From assembly GCA_963808655.1 (NCBI GenBank), contig CAWEGZ010000013.1, positions 2,433 to 66,432 of the forward strand: DNA of 64,000 nucleotides, written 5' to 3'. The stretch comes from an uncultured Solirubrobacterales bacterium (GTDB taxonomy: Bacteria; Actinomycetota; Thermoleophilia; Solirubrobacterales; Solirubrobacteraceae). Positions 39,153 through 51,214 of the stretch are shown here, piece by piece (position 1 is the first letter of the stretch; each line of letters opens with the position of its first letter). The translations under genes and the position numbers were made by a program. The notes beneath the pieces are model-generated. The model saw nothing but the letters and a program-made list of their open reading frames with translations. It was not told the origin of the DNA and ran no database searches.

Positions 39153-39230
39153 GCGCTGCTCTACATGGCCCCGGCGAAGCGCAGCTCTACGCGGTTCGGG
39201 CGAGGCGCAGCTCTACATGGCCCCGGCGAC
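39153..39230. repeat. Three tandem 26-bp units overlapping the Crp-family stop codon
   Basis: GCGCTGCTCTACATGGCCCCGGCGAA / GCGCAGCTCTACGCGGTTCGGGCGAG / GCGCAGCTCTACATGGCCCCGGCGAC. Confidence 0.8.
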
Positions 39231-39941
39231 CAGTACCGAGCCGACGTCGTCGAGCTCGGCGGGCGGCCCGCCCGCCAGCAACCAGGCGTCTCCGGTCCAG
39301 AGCACCGATCCGCGCGCGGCCAGCTCACTGATGGCCTTGCTGACGGTTTGACGTTGCGCGGCGACCAGGTCGGCGAGCACCGCGTGCGTGAGGCGCAGCG
39401 GCACGCGCACGCCCTCGGGATGAACGGTCCCCCAGCGATCCGCCAGCTCCCACAACAGCATCTGCACGCGGATGTCGACTCGAGGGTGGTGAACGATGGC
39501 GATGTTCACAGCGAGCATGCGCGAGCGGCGCAAGACGCGCGCGAACAGCGCCGAGATCACCTCCGGATAGCGGCCGGCGCGGACCGCGAAGTGTGAATCC
39601 AGGAGCGCGAGGCGGCAGGGGGCAAGCGCGCGCCAGCCGCCGCTGCGCGGCAACGTGGTGGCCACGTCCTCGCGCTGCCAGGGGCGCAGGACGTCGCCTT
39701 CGCCGAGCAGCTCGGCACCGAACCGGGTCGCCACGCAGACGCGGCGAACCAACAGGCCGTCGAGCACCAGCAGGCCGATCCCGGCGTGGAATCCCTCCAG
39801 GTCGTCACCCGGCGACCAGGAGCCGCGAGGCACCCTGATGGTTTCGGCCACGCAGTCGCGGGTCGCGGCCGCGAGCCGGTGCCCCCTTAGCGCCTCGGCC
39901 AGCCCCGGGTCCTCCTCCAGGATGGTGGCCCGGCGTTTCAC
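39213..39941 (-). CDS. Crp/Fnr family transcriptional regulator
   Basis: LLVLDGLLVR...ELLGEGD sensor barrel; C-terminal HTH LTHAVLADLVAAQRQTVSKAI. Confidence 0.82.
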   Translation of the reverse strand: MKRRATILEEDPGLAEALRGHRLAAATRDCVAETIRVPRGSWSPGDDLEGFHAGIGLLVLDGLLVRRVCVATRFGAELLGEGDVLRPWQREDVATTLPRSGGWRALAPCRLALLDSHFAVRAGRYPEVISALFARVLRRSRMLAVNIAIVHHPRVDIRVQMLLWELADRWGTVHPEGVRVPLRLTHAVLADLVAAQRQTVSKAISELAARGSVLWTGDAWLLAGGPPAELDDVGSVLVAGAM

Positions 39942-40034
39942 GTGAGTCCCCGGCGCGGCGAAGCGCGCCGGAGGCTGCTCGGCAAGTCGCGGCGGCTCGG
40001 CAGCCGCGCTGGGCGGCTTGAGCTTGATCTGCTC

Positions 40035-40436
40035 CTATTGCCTGACGTGGCGCACGTGCTCAGGAGTGACCACGAACTTGATCCGCTGCTCGCCCGGTTG
40101 CCGATAGGGATATTCGTCCTGACCGATGTACTTCTTGGCGAGGCGATCGATGTGCGCGTCGGCGTCCTCGGTCGTTCCTTGGGCATGGCCACGGATCTCG
40201 ACGAAGTTGTAGGGGTTGTTCGCCTCATACACGATCAGGGTGACCTGGGGGTCTCGCTGGAGGTTGGTGGGCCACAGGCGACCAATGGAACTGTTGATCG
40301 CCACGGTGGCGTCGTCCTCCTGCGAGATCCAGATGATCGTCGAATGAATCGAGCCCGTCTTGTCGTGGGTCGAGACGATGGCGTAGTTGGGCTGCTCGAG
40401 CAGCTCGCGGACGTCGGGATCGCTGAGGGCAGTCAT
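40035..40436 (-). CDS. PPOX-class F420-dependent oxidoreductase
   Basis: NLQRDPQVTL, FVEIRG, IDRLAKKY. Confidence 0.85.
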   Translation of the reverse strand: MTALSDPDVRELLEQPNYAIVSTHDKTGSIHSTIIWISQEDDATVAINSSIGRLWPTNLQRDPQVTLIVYEANNPYNFVEIRGHAQGTTEDADAHIDRLAKKYIGQDEYPYRQPGEQRIKFVVTPEHVRHVRQ

Positions 40437-40482
40437 GCTTTCCGACTACCCGCTAGGCCGAAATTTCTCCCACGGATTGCCG

Positions 40483-40755
40483 CTACCAGCCGCCGCGCCA
40501 ATCGGCGTTCGAGGCGCGGCGCTTTCGGGCGTCCATCCGGGCGTGCTTGCGCTTGTCGAGACGCGACTGGATGATCGTCAGCACGGTCACGAGCACGGCG
40601 AAAAACGCGATCGTCATGAACATCACGGTCGTGATGACCGGATCGCTGGTCTCGCCGAACAACCCCTGACCGGCATCCGCGAGCGCGGCAGGCGCCGCGA
40701 ACAGCAGGGCAGCCACCGAGGCGCTCAGTGCGGCGATCACTCTCGCTGTGCGCAT
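40483..40755 (-). CDS. Small membrane protein, hypothetical
   Basis: Signal-like N-terminus, GQGLFGETSD, one TM segment, basic tail. Confidence 0.65.
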   Translation of the reverse strand: MRTARVIAALSASVAALLFAAPAALADAGQGLFGETSDPVITTVMFMTIAFFAVLVTVLTIIQSRLDKRKHARMDARKRRASNADWRGGW

Positions 40756-40761
40756 CAGACG

Positions 40762-41712
40762 CTAAGCGTACCTCACGGCATCCGCTTCAGAGTCCGTCCA
40801 TTCGCCGTCCGACGCCTCAGGTCGGTGGGCGGCTGCCGTTGACGTCTGCATGGTGCGCCGGCTGCCGTCGCCAGCGTCCCGCACCGCGGCGATCGCCTCG
40901 AGCAGCGCCGGGTTATAGAGCTCAGCGCGCGTGGTTATCTCGATGTGATCGATCGGGGCCTCGAAGACCCGCGCGCTCAGCGCCGCCGCAAGCTCCCGCT
41001 GCTTGCCGGGAGGCACTGCGTGGTCTCTGCTGGTGAGGACGACCGCGCAGGGCAACTCGATTCGCGACAGCCACGAGCGGGAATCGAAGCGTCCGAGCTC
41101 GCGTCCCGCCTCGGCGATGTCCGTGGCGGAATGCCGCATCAGTTCCGCGAGCACCCAAGCGCTGCGCGGCGACTCCCGCAACCCCACGTAGCGCAGCCCC
41201 CAGCGCCAGCTGGCCCTGGGTGCGACCGCCAGTGCCAGGCTCATCGGCATCATCGTCCGCCAGTAGTGGCGCAGCCGCGGGTCCTGCCAGTGCTGAGCCG
41301 TCCCGCTGAGAACGAGCCCCGACAGCGCCGATGGATGCTCCCTGGCGAGCAGCTGGGCGATCGCGCCGCCCATCGAGTAGCCGACGACTACGGCCGGGAT
41401 GCAACCGAGGGCCTCGAGCGCGGCCGCAGCATCGCCCGCGCACCCGAGGAGGCTGAACGGCTCATACGTGCGCAAACCCCGCCCGTGGCCGCGGTGATCG
41501 ATCGCCAGCACCCGATATCCAGCCTCCTGAAGGTCTCGGTAGGTGCCCCACCAGTTGAGGTCTGCGCTTGCGGTCCAACCGTGCAGGAGCATCACAGGGG
41601 GCCCGTCACCCCCGGTATCACGTAGAAACAGCTCGCCGACTCCGGCGATACGGAGGGTCCGGGCGGGCGGTGGCTCGAACGGCGGGACGGGGGGCGAGCT
41701 TCTGCGACGCAT
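40762..41712 (-). CDS. Alpha/beta-fold hydrolase
   Basis: LLHGW, DHRGHG, GYSMGG nucleophile elbow; likely leaderless start 7 nt after TAGGAT. Confidence 0.85.
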   Translation of the reverse strand: MRRRSSPPVPPFEPPPARTLRIAGVGELFLRDTGGDGPPVMLLHGWTASADLNWWGTYRDLQEAGYRVLAIDHRGHGRGLRTYEPFSLLGCAGDAAAALEALGCIPAVVVGYSMGGAIAQLLAREHPSALSGLVLSGTAQHWQDPRLRHYWRTMMPMSLALAVAPRASWRWGLRYVGLRESPRSAWVLAELMRHSATDIAEAGRELGRFDSRSWLSRIELPCAVVLTSRDHAVPPGKQRELAAALSARVFEAPIDHIEITTRAELYNPALLEAIAAVRDAGDGSRRTMQTSTAAAHRPEASDGEWTDSEADAVRYA

Positions 41713-41749
41713 CGCCTCCATCCTAGGCCCGCGCCTACCATCGCTACTC

Positions 41750-43387
41750 GTGGCGGTGGTAATCGCATCAAACCTCATCAAGGAGATGGCCGGGCGGCCC
41801 CTGCTGCGCGGCGTCTCGTTCAAGCTGGAGCGCGCCGACAGGATGGCGCTCGCCGCGCCCAACGGCGCCGGCAAGACGACGCTGCTGCGCATGCTGGCCG
41901 GCGAGCTCTCGCTCGATGGGGGCGAGCTCGTGCTGGGCAAAGACGTCAGGGTCGCGCTCGCAGATCAGAGACCACCCGACTCGAGCGTGGATACACGCCT
42001 GCGCGAATACGTTCTCTCGGGCGCGCGCGAGCTGGCGGAGATCGAGGCGGAGCTCGCCCGGCTGGAGCAGCGAATGGCCGCAGGCGAGCATGATCGTGCG
42101 ACTCTCAGTCGCTACGCGGACGCGCAGGCCCGGCTCGAACACGCCGGCGGATACGGCTGGCGGGAGCGCGCCCTGGGCGCACTGCCGGGCCTTGGCTTCG
42201 GCCCCGAGGTGGATCTGGACCGGCCGCTCAGCACATTCTCAGGAGGCGAGCAGACGCGCGCGTCGCTCGCCCGTGCGCTCGCCGGCGACCCCGACCTGCT
42301 GCTGCTCGATGAGCCCACCAATCATCTCGACGTGGACGCGCTCGAGTGGCTGGAGCAGGCCCTGCTCACGCTCGATGCCGCAGTGGTGCTCGTGGCTCAC
42401 GATCGCTGGTTTCTGGAGGCCGTGGCCACCTCCGTGCTGGAACTGGAGGGCGGCCGCGGCAAGTTCTTCCCGGGCTCTTGGCACGCATGGCGGCGCGAGA
42501 AGGCCATGCGCGAGCTGGCGCTCGGCCGCGCCGGCGAACGGGAACAGGCCGAGGTCGAGCGGCTGGAGCGGTTCGTGACCCGCTTTCGCGCCGGCACTCG
42601 CGCGCGGCAGGCCAAGTCCCGGGCGCGCAAGCTGGACAAACTCTCTCGCGCGACGAAGTCGACCAATTCGAAAAGCCGTGAGCTGCAGTTCGAGTTCGCC
42701 CAGCCGAAGCGCAGCGGCCGAGTGGTGTTCGAGCTGCTCGACGGTCATATCGAGGTGGACGGGCGCGTGCTGCTGGACGAGGCTGAGCTGTGGCTCGAGC
42801 GGGGCGAGCACGTTTCGCTAGTTGGGCCCAACGGCGCCGGCAAGACCACGCTGATCGAGACTCTCGCCGGGCGACGGGCGCTGGCGGGCGACGCGCGCAG
42901 CAATGGCGGGCCTCTCGTGGAAGGCAAGCTGCGGACCGGGCATAACGTCGCGATCGGCTTTCTCTCCCAACACGACGAGCTGCCTGCAGGCGACGCCCGG
43001 ACCGTGCTCGAAGCCGCCCAGCGAGCGAGCGGGCTCACGCCGGGCAAGGCGCGGGCGCTGCTCGGCCGGTTCCTGTTCTCCGGCGAGGAGGCTGAGAAGC
43101 CGCTCTCCGGGCTGTCGGGCGGAGAGCGCCGCCGCCTCGCCCTGGCGATCCTGGTCAGCTCGGGGGCCAATGTGCTCGTCCTAGACGAGCCCACCAACCA
43201 CCTCGATCTGGCCAGCCGCGAGGCGCTGGAGGAGGCGCTGCGGGCGTTCCCAGGCGCGATCCTGCTGGTATCGCACGACCGCGCGCTGCTGGACGCCGTC
43301 GGCACCCGCACGGTCGCGATCGAAGACGCGGCGTTGCGCAACTACACGGGCGGCTGGACTGAGTACATGCGGGCGCGGGGCGGCTAA
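41750..43387 (+). CDS. ABC-F family ATP-binding protein
   Basis: Two ABC domains (NGAGKTT, FSGGE/LSGGE, LDEPTNHLD twice) and no TM segments. Confidence 0.9.
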   Translation: MAVVIASNLIKEMAGRPLLRGVSFKLERADRMALAAPNGAGKTTLLRMLAGELSLDGGELVLGKDVRVALADQRPPDSSVDTRLREYVLSGARELAEIEAELARLEQRMAAGEHDRATLSRYADAQARLEHAGGYGWRERALGALPGLGFGPEVDLDRPLSTFSGGEQTRASLARALAGDPDLLLLDEPTNHLDVDALEWLEQALLTLDAAVVLVAHDRWFLEAVATSVLELEGGRGKFFPGSWHAWRREKAMRELALGRAGEREQAEVERLERFVTRFRAGTRARQAKSRARKLDKLSRATKSTNSKSRELQFEFAQPKRSGRVVFELLDGHIEVDGRVLLDEAELWLERGEHVSLVGPNGAGKTTLIETLAGRRALAGDARSNGGPLVEGKLRTGHNVAIGFLSQHDELPAGDARTVLEAAQRASGLTPGKARALLGRFLFSGEEAEKPLSGLSGGERRRLALAILVSSGANVLVLDEPTNHLDLASREALEEALRAFPGAILLVSHDRALLDAVGTRTVAIEDAALRNYTGGWTEYMRARGG

Positions 43388-43397
43388 TCTGGGACCG

Positions 43398-43754
43398 GTG
43401 CTCCTCGCTGCCCGCAACGTCGCGATTGTGCTTGCGATCGCCGCCCTGGTCGTGCTCGTGCCGGGAGGCGGAAGCGGAGCCTCGTTCGCCCTCCAGGCGG
43501 TCTCGCTCCTGTTCCTCGCGGTGATCGGGTGGTTCGGCTACGTCTCTTATCGCCAGCGCCGGATGGATCTGTACGACCTAGGCGACAGGCGCCGCGCGGT
43601 CCTGTACGCCTCGATCGGGCTGGTCGTGCTTACGTTGACCGCTACCTCGCGTCTGTTCACCACCACGGCCGGGCGCGTCGTGTGGCTGCTGCTCCTGATC
43701 GCCGCGGCGTACGCCGCCTTCGCGGTGGTGTGGTCGGCGCGCCGGTACCACTAG
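43398..43754 (+). CDS. Small integral membrane protein, hypothetical
   Basis: Four hydrophobic segments; TAATCT 7 nt before GTG. Confidence 0.7.
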   Translation: MLLAARNVAIVLAIAALVVLVPGGGSGASFALQAVSLLFLAVIGWFGYVSYRQRRMDLYDLGDRRRAVLYASIGLVVLTLTATSRLFTTTAGRVVWLLLLIAAAYAAFAVVWSARRYH

Positions 43755-43781
43755 ACCTCGCGCGCCCAGCAGGGGTTGCAG

Positions 43782-43812
43782 GAAAAAGCGACGGCATGTG
43801 TCGCTTTTTCTT
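43782..43812 (+). terminator. Intrinsic (possibly bidirectional) terminator
   Basis: GAAAAAGCGAC-ggcatgt-GTCGCTTTTTC hairpin with A/T tracts after the 43754 stop. Confidence 0.7.
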
Positions 43813-43879
43813 CGAGACTCGGGAGGGCGACGGTGGCTTCAGAGTGAGGCAGGCGGCGGGGCTAGACCGGAACGCATCA

Positions 43880-43902
43880 AATACTGGATTTGCTCCAGAA
43901 TT
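43880..43902. promoter_or_regulatory. Putative FurA operator
   Basis: AT-rich dyad CTGGA-tttgc-TCCAG just upstream of furA, resembling the actinobacterial FurA box. Confidence 0.55.
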
Positions 43903-43925
43903 GCAGGTAGGCTGTGGTCCTCGCA

Positions 43926-46611
<2,686 letters not shown>

Positions 46612-46624
46612 TCGGGTCTTCGAT

Positions 46625-46655
46625 TGGTGACCGGTTCGCTGAGAGCCGGTCACCA
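46625..46655 (+). terminator. Hairpin downstream of katG
   Basis: TGGTGACCGGTT...AGCCGGTCACCA stem. Confidence 0.55.
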
Positions 46656-46675
46656 GCCGCGCCTATCCTCGAACC

Positions 46676-48559
46676 GTGTCGATAGTTGCCGCCGACAGGC
46701 GCCGTGAGCTGCCCGACGAACCGGGCGTATACCTGTTCCGCGACGCGCGCGGCAGGGTGCTGTACGTGGGAAAGGCCAAGTCGATCCGCAAGCGCGTCGC
46801 CTCCCACTTCTCCAATCCCAGCACCCGCGGCGGACGCGACCTGGTCGACGCGATCGACCGCGTGGAGGCGCTGGTCGTGCACACCGAGTCCGAGGCGCTG
46901 CTGGCCGAGCAGAACTTCATCAAGCAGTACAAGCCGCGCTTCAACATCCGCTTGCGCGACGACAAGTCGTATCCGTACATCGCGATCTCGCTCGACGAGA
47001 ATTTTCCGCGCGTCTACTTCACGCGCGAGCGTCACCGCCGCGACCGCGCCTATTTCGGCCCGTACAGCAACGCCAAGCGCGTCCGCGCCACGCTCGAGGT
47101 GCTGGGCAAGGTATTCATGTTCCGCACCTGCGATGGCCCCGAGCCTGGGCGGCGCAGCGGTTCCCCCTGCCTCGACTACTACATCAAGCGCTGCGAGGCG
47201 CCCTGCGTCGGTTATGTCAGCCGGGAGCACTACCGCCAGGGGATCGACGGCGTTATGTCATTTCTCTCCGGCCACTACCGAGAGATCGAGCGCAAGCTCG
47301 AGCGGGAGATGCGCGCCGCCGCCGACGAGCAGCGCTTCGAGGACGCGGCCCGAGAGCGCAACAGGTTGCGGGCGGTGCGCTCCCTGCTGGAGCGCCAGCG
47401 GGTCGCCAACGAGGCCACCGGCACGCTGGACGCGGTGGCCGTAGCGGTGGAGCACGGCGAGGCCAACGCGCAGGTTTTCCAGGTACGCGACGGCGTGCTG
47501 TCCGACCGCCAGAGCTTCTACCTGGACAATGCCGCCGGCGGCGGCGTGGGCGAGGTCGCCGAGGCCTTCATCCTGCAGTACTACGCGAGCGCGATGTCGA
47601 TCCCCCCACTGCTCGCGGTGCAGGAGGAGCTCGAGGACACCGATGCGCTCGCGCGAGCGCTGTCCCAGCGGCGCGACGGCCCGGTCGAGATCCGCGCGCC
47701 GGAGCGCGGCGACAAGCGACGCATCCTGGAGCTGGCGTCCCGGAACGCGCGGCTCGCGCTGGACCAGGAGCGGCTGCGCTCAGAGCGCCGGCGTCAGCAG
47801 CGCGTGGAATCGCTTGACGGACTGCAGCGAGCTCTGGGCCTGGACACGATCCCGATGCGGATCGAGTGCTTCGACATCTCCACCCTGATGGGGACGAATA
47901 CCGTCGCTTCGATGGTGGTCTTCGAGGGTGGCGCACCCAAGCGCTCGGACTACCGGCGCTTCAAGATCTTCACCGGGAAGGACGAGAACGGCGCCGGCAC
48001 AATTGGCCGGCCGGACGATTTCGCCGCCATGGGGGAGGTGCTGTCGCGGCGGCTGGCGCGCTTTGAGCGCCAGCACGACATCTCGCCCCACGACAAGGAC
48101 CACGACCCGAGCTTCGCCGCGCTGCCCAACCTGATCGTGATCGACGGCGGCAAGGGTCAGCTATCAGCGGGCTTGCGCGCGCTGCAAGGCTTCCGCGACC
48201 GCGGCGTGGCGATCGTCTCGCTCGCCAAGCGCATCGAGGAGGTCCATACCCCCGACCGGCCCCGGCCGCTACGGCTTCCCCACGACACCACCGAACTGCA
48301 ACTGCTCCAGCGCATCCGCGACGAGGCGCATCGATTCGCGATCACCCACCACCGGATCAGGCGCGACCGCGCGATGACCGCCTCGATTCTTGACGGCCTT
48401 CCCGGCGTCGGACCGGTCCGCAAACGCGCGTTGCTTTCCCATTTCGGCTCTCCCGACGCCGTGCTTGCCGCCTCGCGCGAGGAGCTCGCGGCGGTCCCCG
48501 GGATGCCGGGGAAGCTCGCGCGAGAGCTCTACCGCGAGCTCCACAAGACCGGCGTCTGA
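46676..48559 (+). CDS. uvrC: Excinuclease ABC subunit C
   Basis: PGVYLF, YVGKAK GIY-YIG domain, RIECFDIS, IDGGKGQL, RDEAHRFA, HhH. Confidence 0.96.
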   Translation: MSIVAADRRRELPDEPGVYLFRDARGRVLYVGKAKSIRKRVASHFSNPSTRGGRDLVDAIDRVEALVVHTESEALLAEQNFIKQYKPRFNIRLRDDKSYPYIAISLDENFPRVYFTRERHRRDRAYFGPYSNAKRVRATLEVLGKVFMFRTCDGPEPGRRSGSPCLDYYIKRCEAPCVGYVSREHYRQGIDGVMSFLSGHYREIERKLEREMRAAADEQRFEDAARERNRLRAVRSLLERQRVANEATGTLDAVAVAVEHGEANAQVFQVRDGVLSDRQSFYLDNAAGGGVGEVAEAFILQYYASAMSIPPLLAVQEELEDTDALARALSQRRDGPVEIRAPERGDKRRILELASRNARLALDQERLRSERRRQQRVESLDGLQRALGLDTIPMRIECFDISTLMGTNTVASMVVFEGGAPKRSDYRRFKIFTGKDENGAGTIGRPDDFAAMGEVLSRRLARFERQHDISPHDKDHDPSFAALPNLIVIDGGKGQLSAGLRALQGFRDRGVAIVSLAKRIEEVHTPDRPRPLRLPHDTTELQLLQRIRDEAHRFAITHHRIRRDRAMTASILDGLPGVGPVRKRALLSHFGSPDAVLAASREELAAVPGMPGKLARELYRELHKTGV

Positions 48560-48630
48560 GGGGCCGGCGGCAATCCTCTGCAGGCAATCTTCTGCAGACT
48601 AAGAACGCCCGCGGTTCATCTCACCTCAAC

Positions 48631-48655
48631 GTTTCCGGCGCCATCTGGGGGGTAG
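48631..48655 (+). promoter_or_regulatory. SigB/SigF-type promoter GTTT-N15-GGGTA upstream of the gvp operon
   Basis: GTTT at 48631-48634, GGGTA at 48650-48654. Confidence 0.6.
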
Positions 48656-48929
48656 CCGCATCACGAACGACCGGCCGCGCAGGGCCGCGAGGCTGTCTTG
48701 AAGATCCTTCGCGATCCTTGTCCTCCCCCGATCCACTCACGCCATGTGGAGCTGTGGACCATTACGGTGCCAAAGGCGGACTTGCGGCGCCCGCGCCGCG
48801 GGCGATTCCTTGCGTTCCGTCTACAACGAGTGGACGCGTTTGAGGAGTCGCTAACTTCATGCGCTCAAAGCGAGGGACGTCGTGAAGCGGCATGACGAAG
48901 AGTCACGAAACCGAAGCAAGGAGGAGTAA

Positions 48930-49454
48930 ATGGCGGTTGCACAACAACCCCAACCGATGAGTGTCGTCCAGAGGCACTCCAGCCCCAGCGGTCTCGCTGA
49001 CGTGCTCGACGTGATCCTCGACAAGGGGATCGTTATCGATGTGTTCGTCCGCGTTGCACTGGTCGGGATTGAGTTGTTGACGATCGACGCGCGCATTGTC
49101 ATCGCGAGCGTGGACACCTATCTGCACTTCGCCGAAGCGGTTAACCGGCTGGACCTGACGCAGGTCGGCAGCCAGCAGACCCTCCCCGAGATGGTCAGCA
49201 GCATGAGCGAGGGAGGCGCCAGTGGGAAGACCAAGGGGATGCTCGAGGGCGCCAAGGACGCGCTGTTTGGTGGCGGCGACGAAGAGGAAGAGGAGGAGGA
49301 GAGGAGCTCGTCGAGCCGGCGCAGCTCCGGCGACGCTGAGTCGCGCCCGCGCCGCAGCTCCGCCGACGCTGAGTCGCGCCCGCGCCGCACCTCCGGCGAC
49401 TCTGAGGCACGCCCCCGGCGCGCCTCGTCGGGCTCCAGGCCGCGAGGCCGCTGA
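48930..49454 (+). CDS. gvpA: Gas vesicle structural protein GvpA with acidic/Arg-rich C-terminal extension
   Basis: [16 protein letters not shown]...[21 protein letters not shown]; AGGAGG RBS. Confidence 0.9.
   Translation: MAVAQQPQPMSVVQRHSSPSGLADVLDVILDKGIVIDVFVRVALVGIELLTIDARIVIASVDTYLHFAEAVNRLDLTQVGSQQTLPEMVSSMSEGGASGKTKGMLEGAKDALFGGGDEEEEEEERSSSSRRSSGDAESRPRRSSADAESRPRRTSGDSEARPRRASSGSRPRGR
49317..49442 (+). repeat. 33-bp coding tandem repeat ([11 protein letters not shown]) x about 3.8 in the GvpA tail
   Basis: [11 protein letters not shown] / [11 protein letters not shown] / [11 protein letters not shown] / RRASSGSRP. Confidence 0.8.
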
Positions 49455-49469
49455 GCCGCTGCGGACGGC

Positions 49470-50243
49470 ATGGCGCTGTACCTGTATGCGTTGATGCGCG
49501 CGGACGATCTCGGCTCGAGCGACGCGCTCGCGGCGGGGGAGCACGCGCCCGCCATAGAGCTCATCGTGCACGGGGGCGTGGCGGCGCTCGTGAGCGCGAT
49601 CGACGGCGAACAGGTCCGCTTGCGACGAGAGGCGGTGAGAGCCCACACCGAGGTCCTGCAGCGCGCCTTCGAGCACGGACCGGTCCTCCCATTGCGGTTC
49701 GGAACCGTGGTGCCCGACGCCGAGACGCTTAAAGGCGAGCTCTTGGCCCGGCGCGGGGAGGAGATGAAGTCCCACTTAGACCAGCTGGCCGGCAAGGGTG
49801 AGCTCCGACTCAAGGTGATCTACCGGGAGGAACGTGTGCTGCGTTCGATCCTCGCTCAGGACCCCGCGCTCAAGCGCTCGGCCGAACGGGTCCGCGGGCT
49901 GCCCGAGGCGGCTTCGCACTTCGAGCGTGTTGGCCTCGGCGAACGCATCACGCTGGCCATGCAGGCTCGGCGCGATGCCGACGTGCAGCAGTTGCTCTCG
50001 GAGCTTCAGCCGCTCGCGGTAGCGGTCGAGGTTGGTGCTCTGCAGCAGCCCGCGATGGTGCTGAACGCCTCGTTTCTGGTCGCCCAAGAGGCGCGGGATC
50101 GCTTCGACGCAACGGTCGAGCGGCTCGCCTCCGAGCGGGCCGAGCTGATGGAGTTCAAGCTGATCGGGCCGCTGCCGGCGCACTCCTTCGTTGACAAGCA
50201 GCTGGGAGCCCCAGCTGCGCCGGCCCCGGGCCCGGCGAGCTAG
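49470..50243 (+). CDS. gvpF: Gas vesicle protein, GvpF/GvpL family
   Basis: YLYAL, AHTEVL, VLPLRFG, LNASFLV, GPLPAHSFV. Confidence 0.85.
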   Translation: MALYLYALMRADDLGSSDALAAGEHAPAIELIVHGGVAALVSAIDGEQVRLRREAVRAHTEVLQRAFEHGPVLPLRFGTVVPDAETLKGELLARRGEEMKSHLDQLAGKGELRLKVIYREERVLRSILAQDPALKRSAERVRGLPEAASHFERVGLGERITLAMQARRDADVQQLLSELQPLAVAVEVGALQQPAMVLNASFLVAQEARDRFDATVERLASERAELMEFKLIGPLPAHSFVDKQLGAPAAPAPGPAS

Positions 50244-50247
50244 CGAC

Positions 50248-50508
50248 ATGGGCTTGATCACCGGAATCCTGACGCTTCCGCTGGCCCCTGTGCGCGGGGT
50301 TGCTTGGATCGGCGCACGCGTGCAGGAACAGGCGGAGGCCGAGTTCTATGACGAAAATCGCATCATGCGCAACTTGACCGAACTCGAGGAGGAGAAGAAC
50401 TCAGGTGAGGTCGGGGAGGAAGAGTTCGGCCGCCGTGTGGACGAGCTCTTGGAGCGTCTGGAGGTAGGTCGACAACTGCAGCTCGAGCGAGGAGGCTACG
50501 GTGGCTGA
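50248..50508 (+). CDS. gvpG: Gas vesicle protein GvpG
   Basis: MGLITGILTLPLAPVRGVAWIG...GEVGEEEF...ELLERL. Confidence 0.85.
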   Translation: MGLITGILTLPLAPVRGVAWIGARVQEQAEAEFYDENRIMRNLTELEEEKNSGEVGEEEFGRRVDELLERLEVGRQLQLERGGYGG

Positions 50509-50794
50509 CGACCGCAACAAGGGAAAGCAGGACGGGAGACCGAGACCGGTTGAGCTTGTCCGTGCAGCGGCGCGCACGCTCGCGGAGCTGACGGGCCGCC
50601 AGCCGGAAAATGTGCTCGGGCTACGCCGCGACGACGACGGGTGGAAGGTGATGCTCGAAGTGGTAGAGCTTCACCGGATACCGCATGCCACAGACGTGCT
50701 CGGTTGCTATGTCGTCACCGTTGACGACGACGGAGAGCTCGTCTCCTACGAGCGCCGTCGCCGCTATGTTCGTAGCCAGACCGAGGAGGAGTAG
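50501..50794 (+). CDS. gvpO: Gas vesicle protein GvpO
   Basis: LAELTGR, GWKVMLEVVE..RIP..TDVL..Y.V..DDDGELVSYERRRRY. Confidence 0.85.
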   Translation: MADDRNKGKQDGRPRPVELVRAAARTLAELTGRQPENVLGLRRDDDGWKVMLEVVELHRIPHATDVLGCYVVTVDDDGELVSYERRRRYVRSQTEEE

Positions 50795-51210
50795 TGGTGG
50801 AGCGAGATCTTGTGCCGCGTGGGGGACTCCAGCCGAGCCCCTTCCAGCAGGCCGCTGGCCCCCCCGCGCACACCGGTCCGAGCAGCCTCGCGGACATCCT
50901 CGAGCGCGTGCTCGACAAGGGCATCGTGATCGCGGGCGACATCCAGATCAACCTGCTTGATATCGAGCTTCTGACGATCAAGCTGCGGCTGCTGATCGCC
51001 TCCGTCGACCGGGCCCGCGAGATGGGGATCAACTGGTGGGAGACCGACTCCTCGCTCAGCTCAGAGGCGAAGCAACTTGAAGAGGAGAATCAAAGCCTGC
51101 GGGACCGGCTCGAGCGCCTGGAGGAGAAGGTCGGCCTTGCAGCCGGAGAGGACGACGGCGCCGACGCGGGCGAGAGTGCGCCTGCCAAGCGGAGGCGGGA
51201 GAAGCAGTAG
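50794..51210 (+). CDS. gvpJ: Gas vesicle protein GvpJ (GvpA family)
   Basis: SLADILERVLDKGIVIAGDI...ASVDRAREMGINWW. Confidence 0.85.
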   Translation: MVERDLVPRGGLQPSPFQQAAGPPAHTGPSSLADILERVLDKGIVIAGDIQINLLDIELLTIKLRLLIASVDRAREMGINWWETDSSLSSEAKQLEEENQSLRDRLERLEEKVGLAAGEDDGADAGESAPAKRRREKQ

Positions 51211-51214
51211 TCAC

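Noticed and set aside
39153-39230. Possible mini-CRISPR array
   Set aside because: The variable parts are only about 14 bp, two of them are nearly identical, and no cas genes are present.
48698-48895. 65-aa ORF upstream of gvpA
   Set aside because: TTG start with no RBS and no recognisable motif; more likely leader or promoter DNA.
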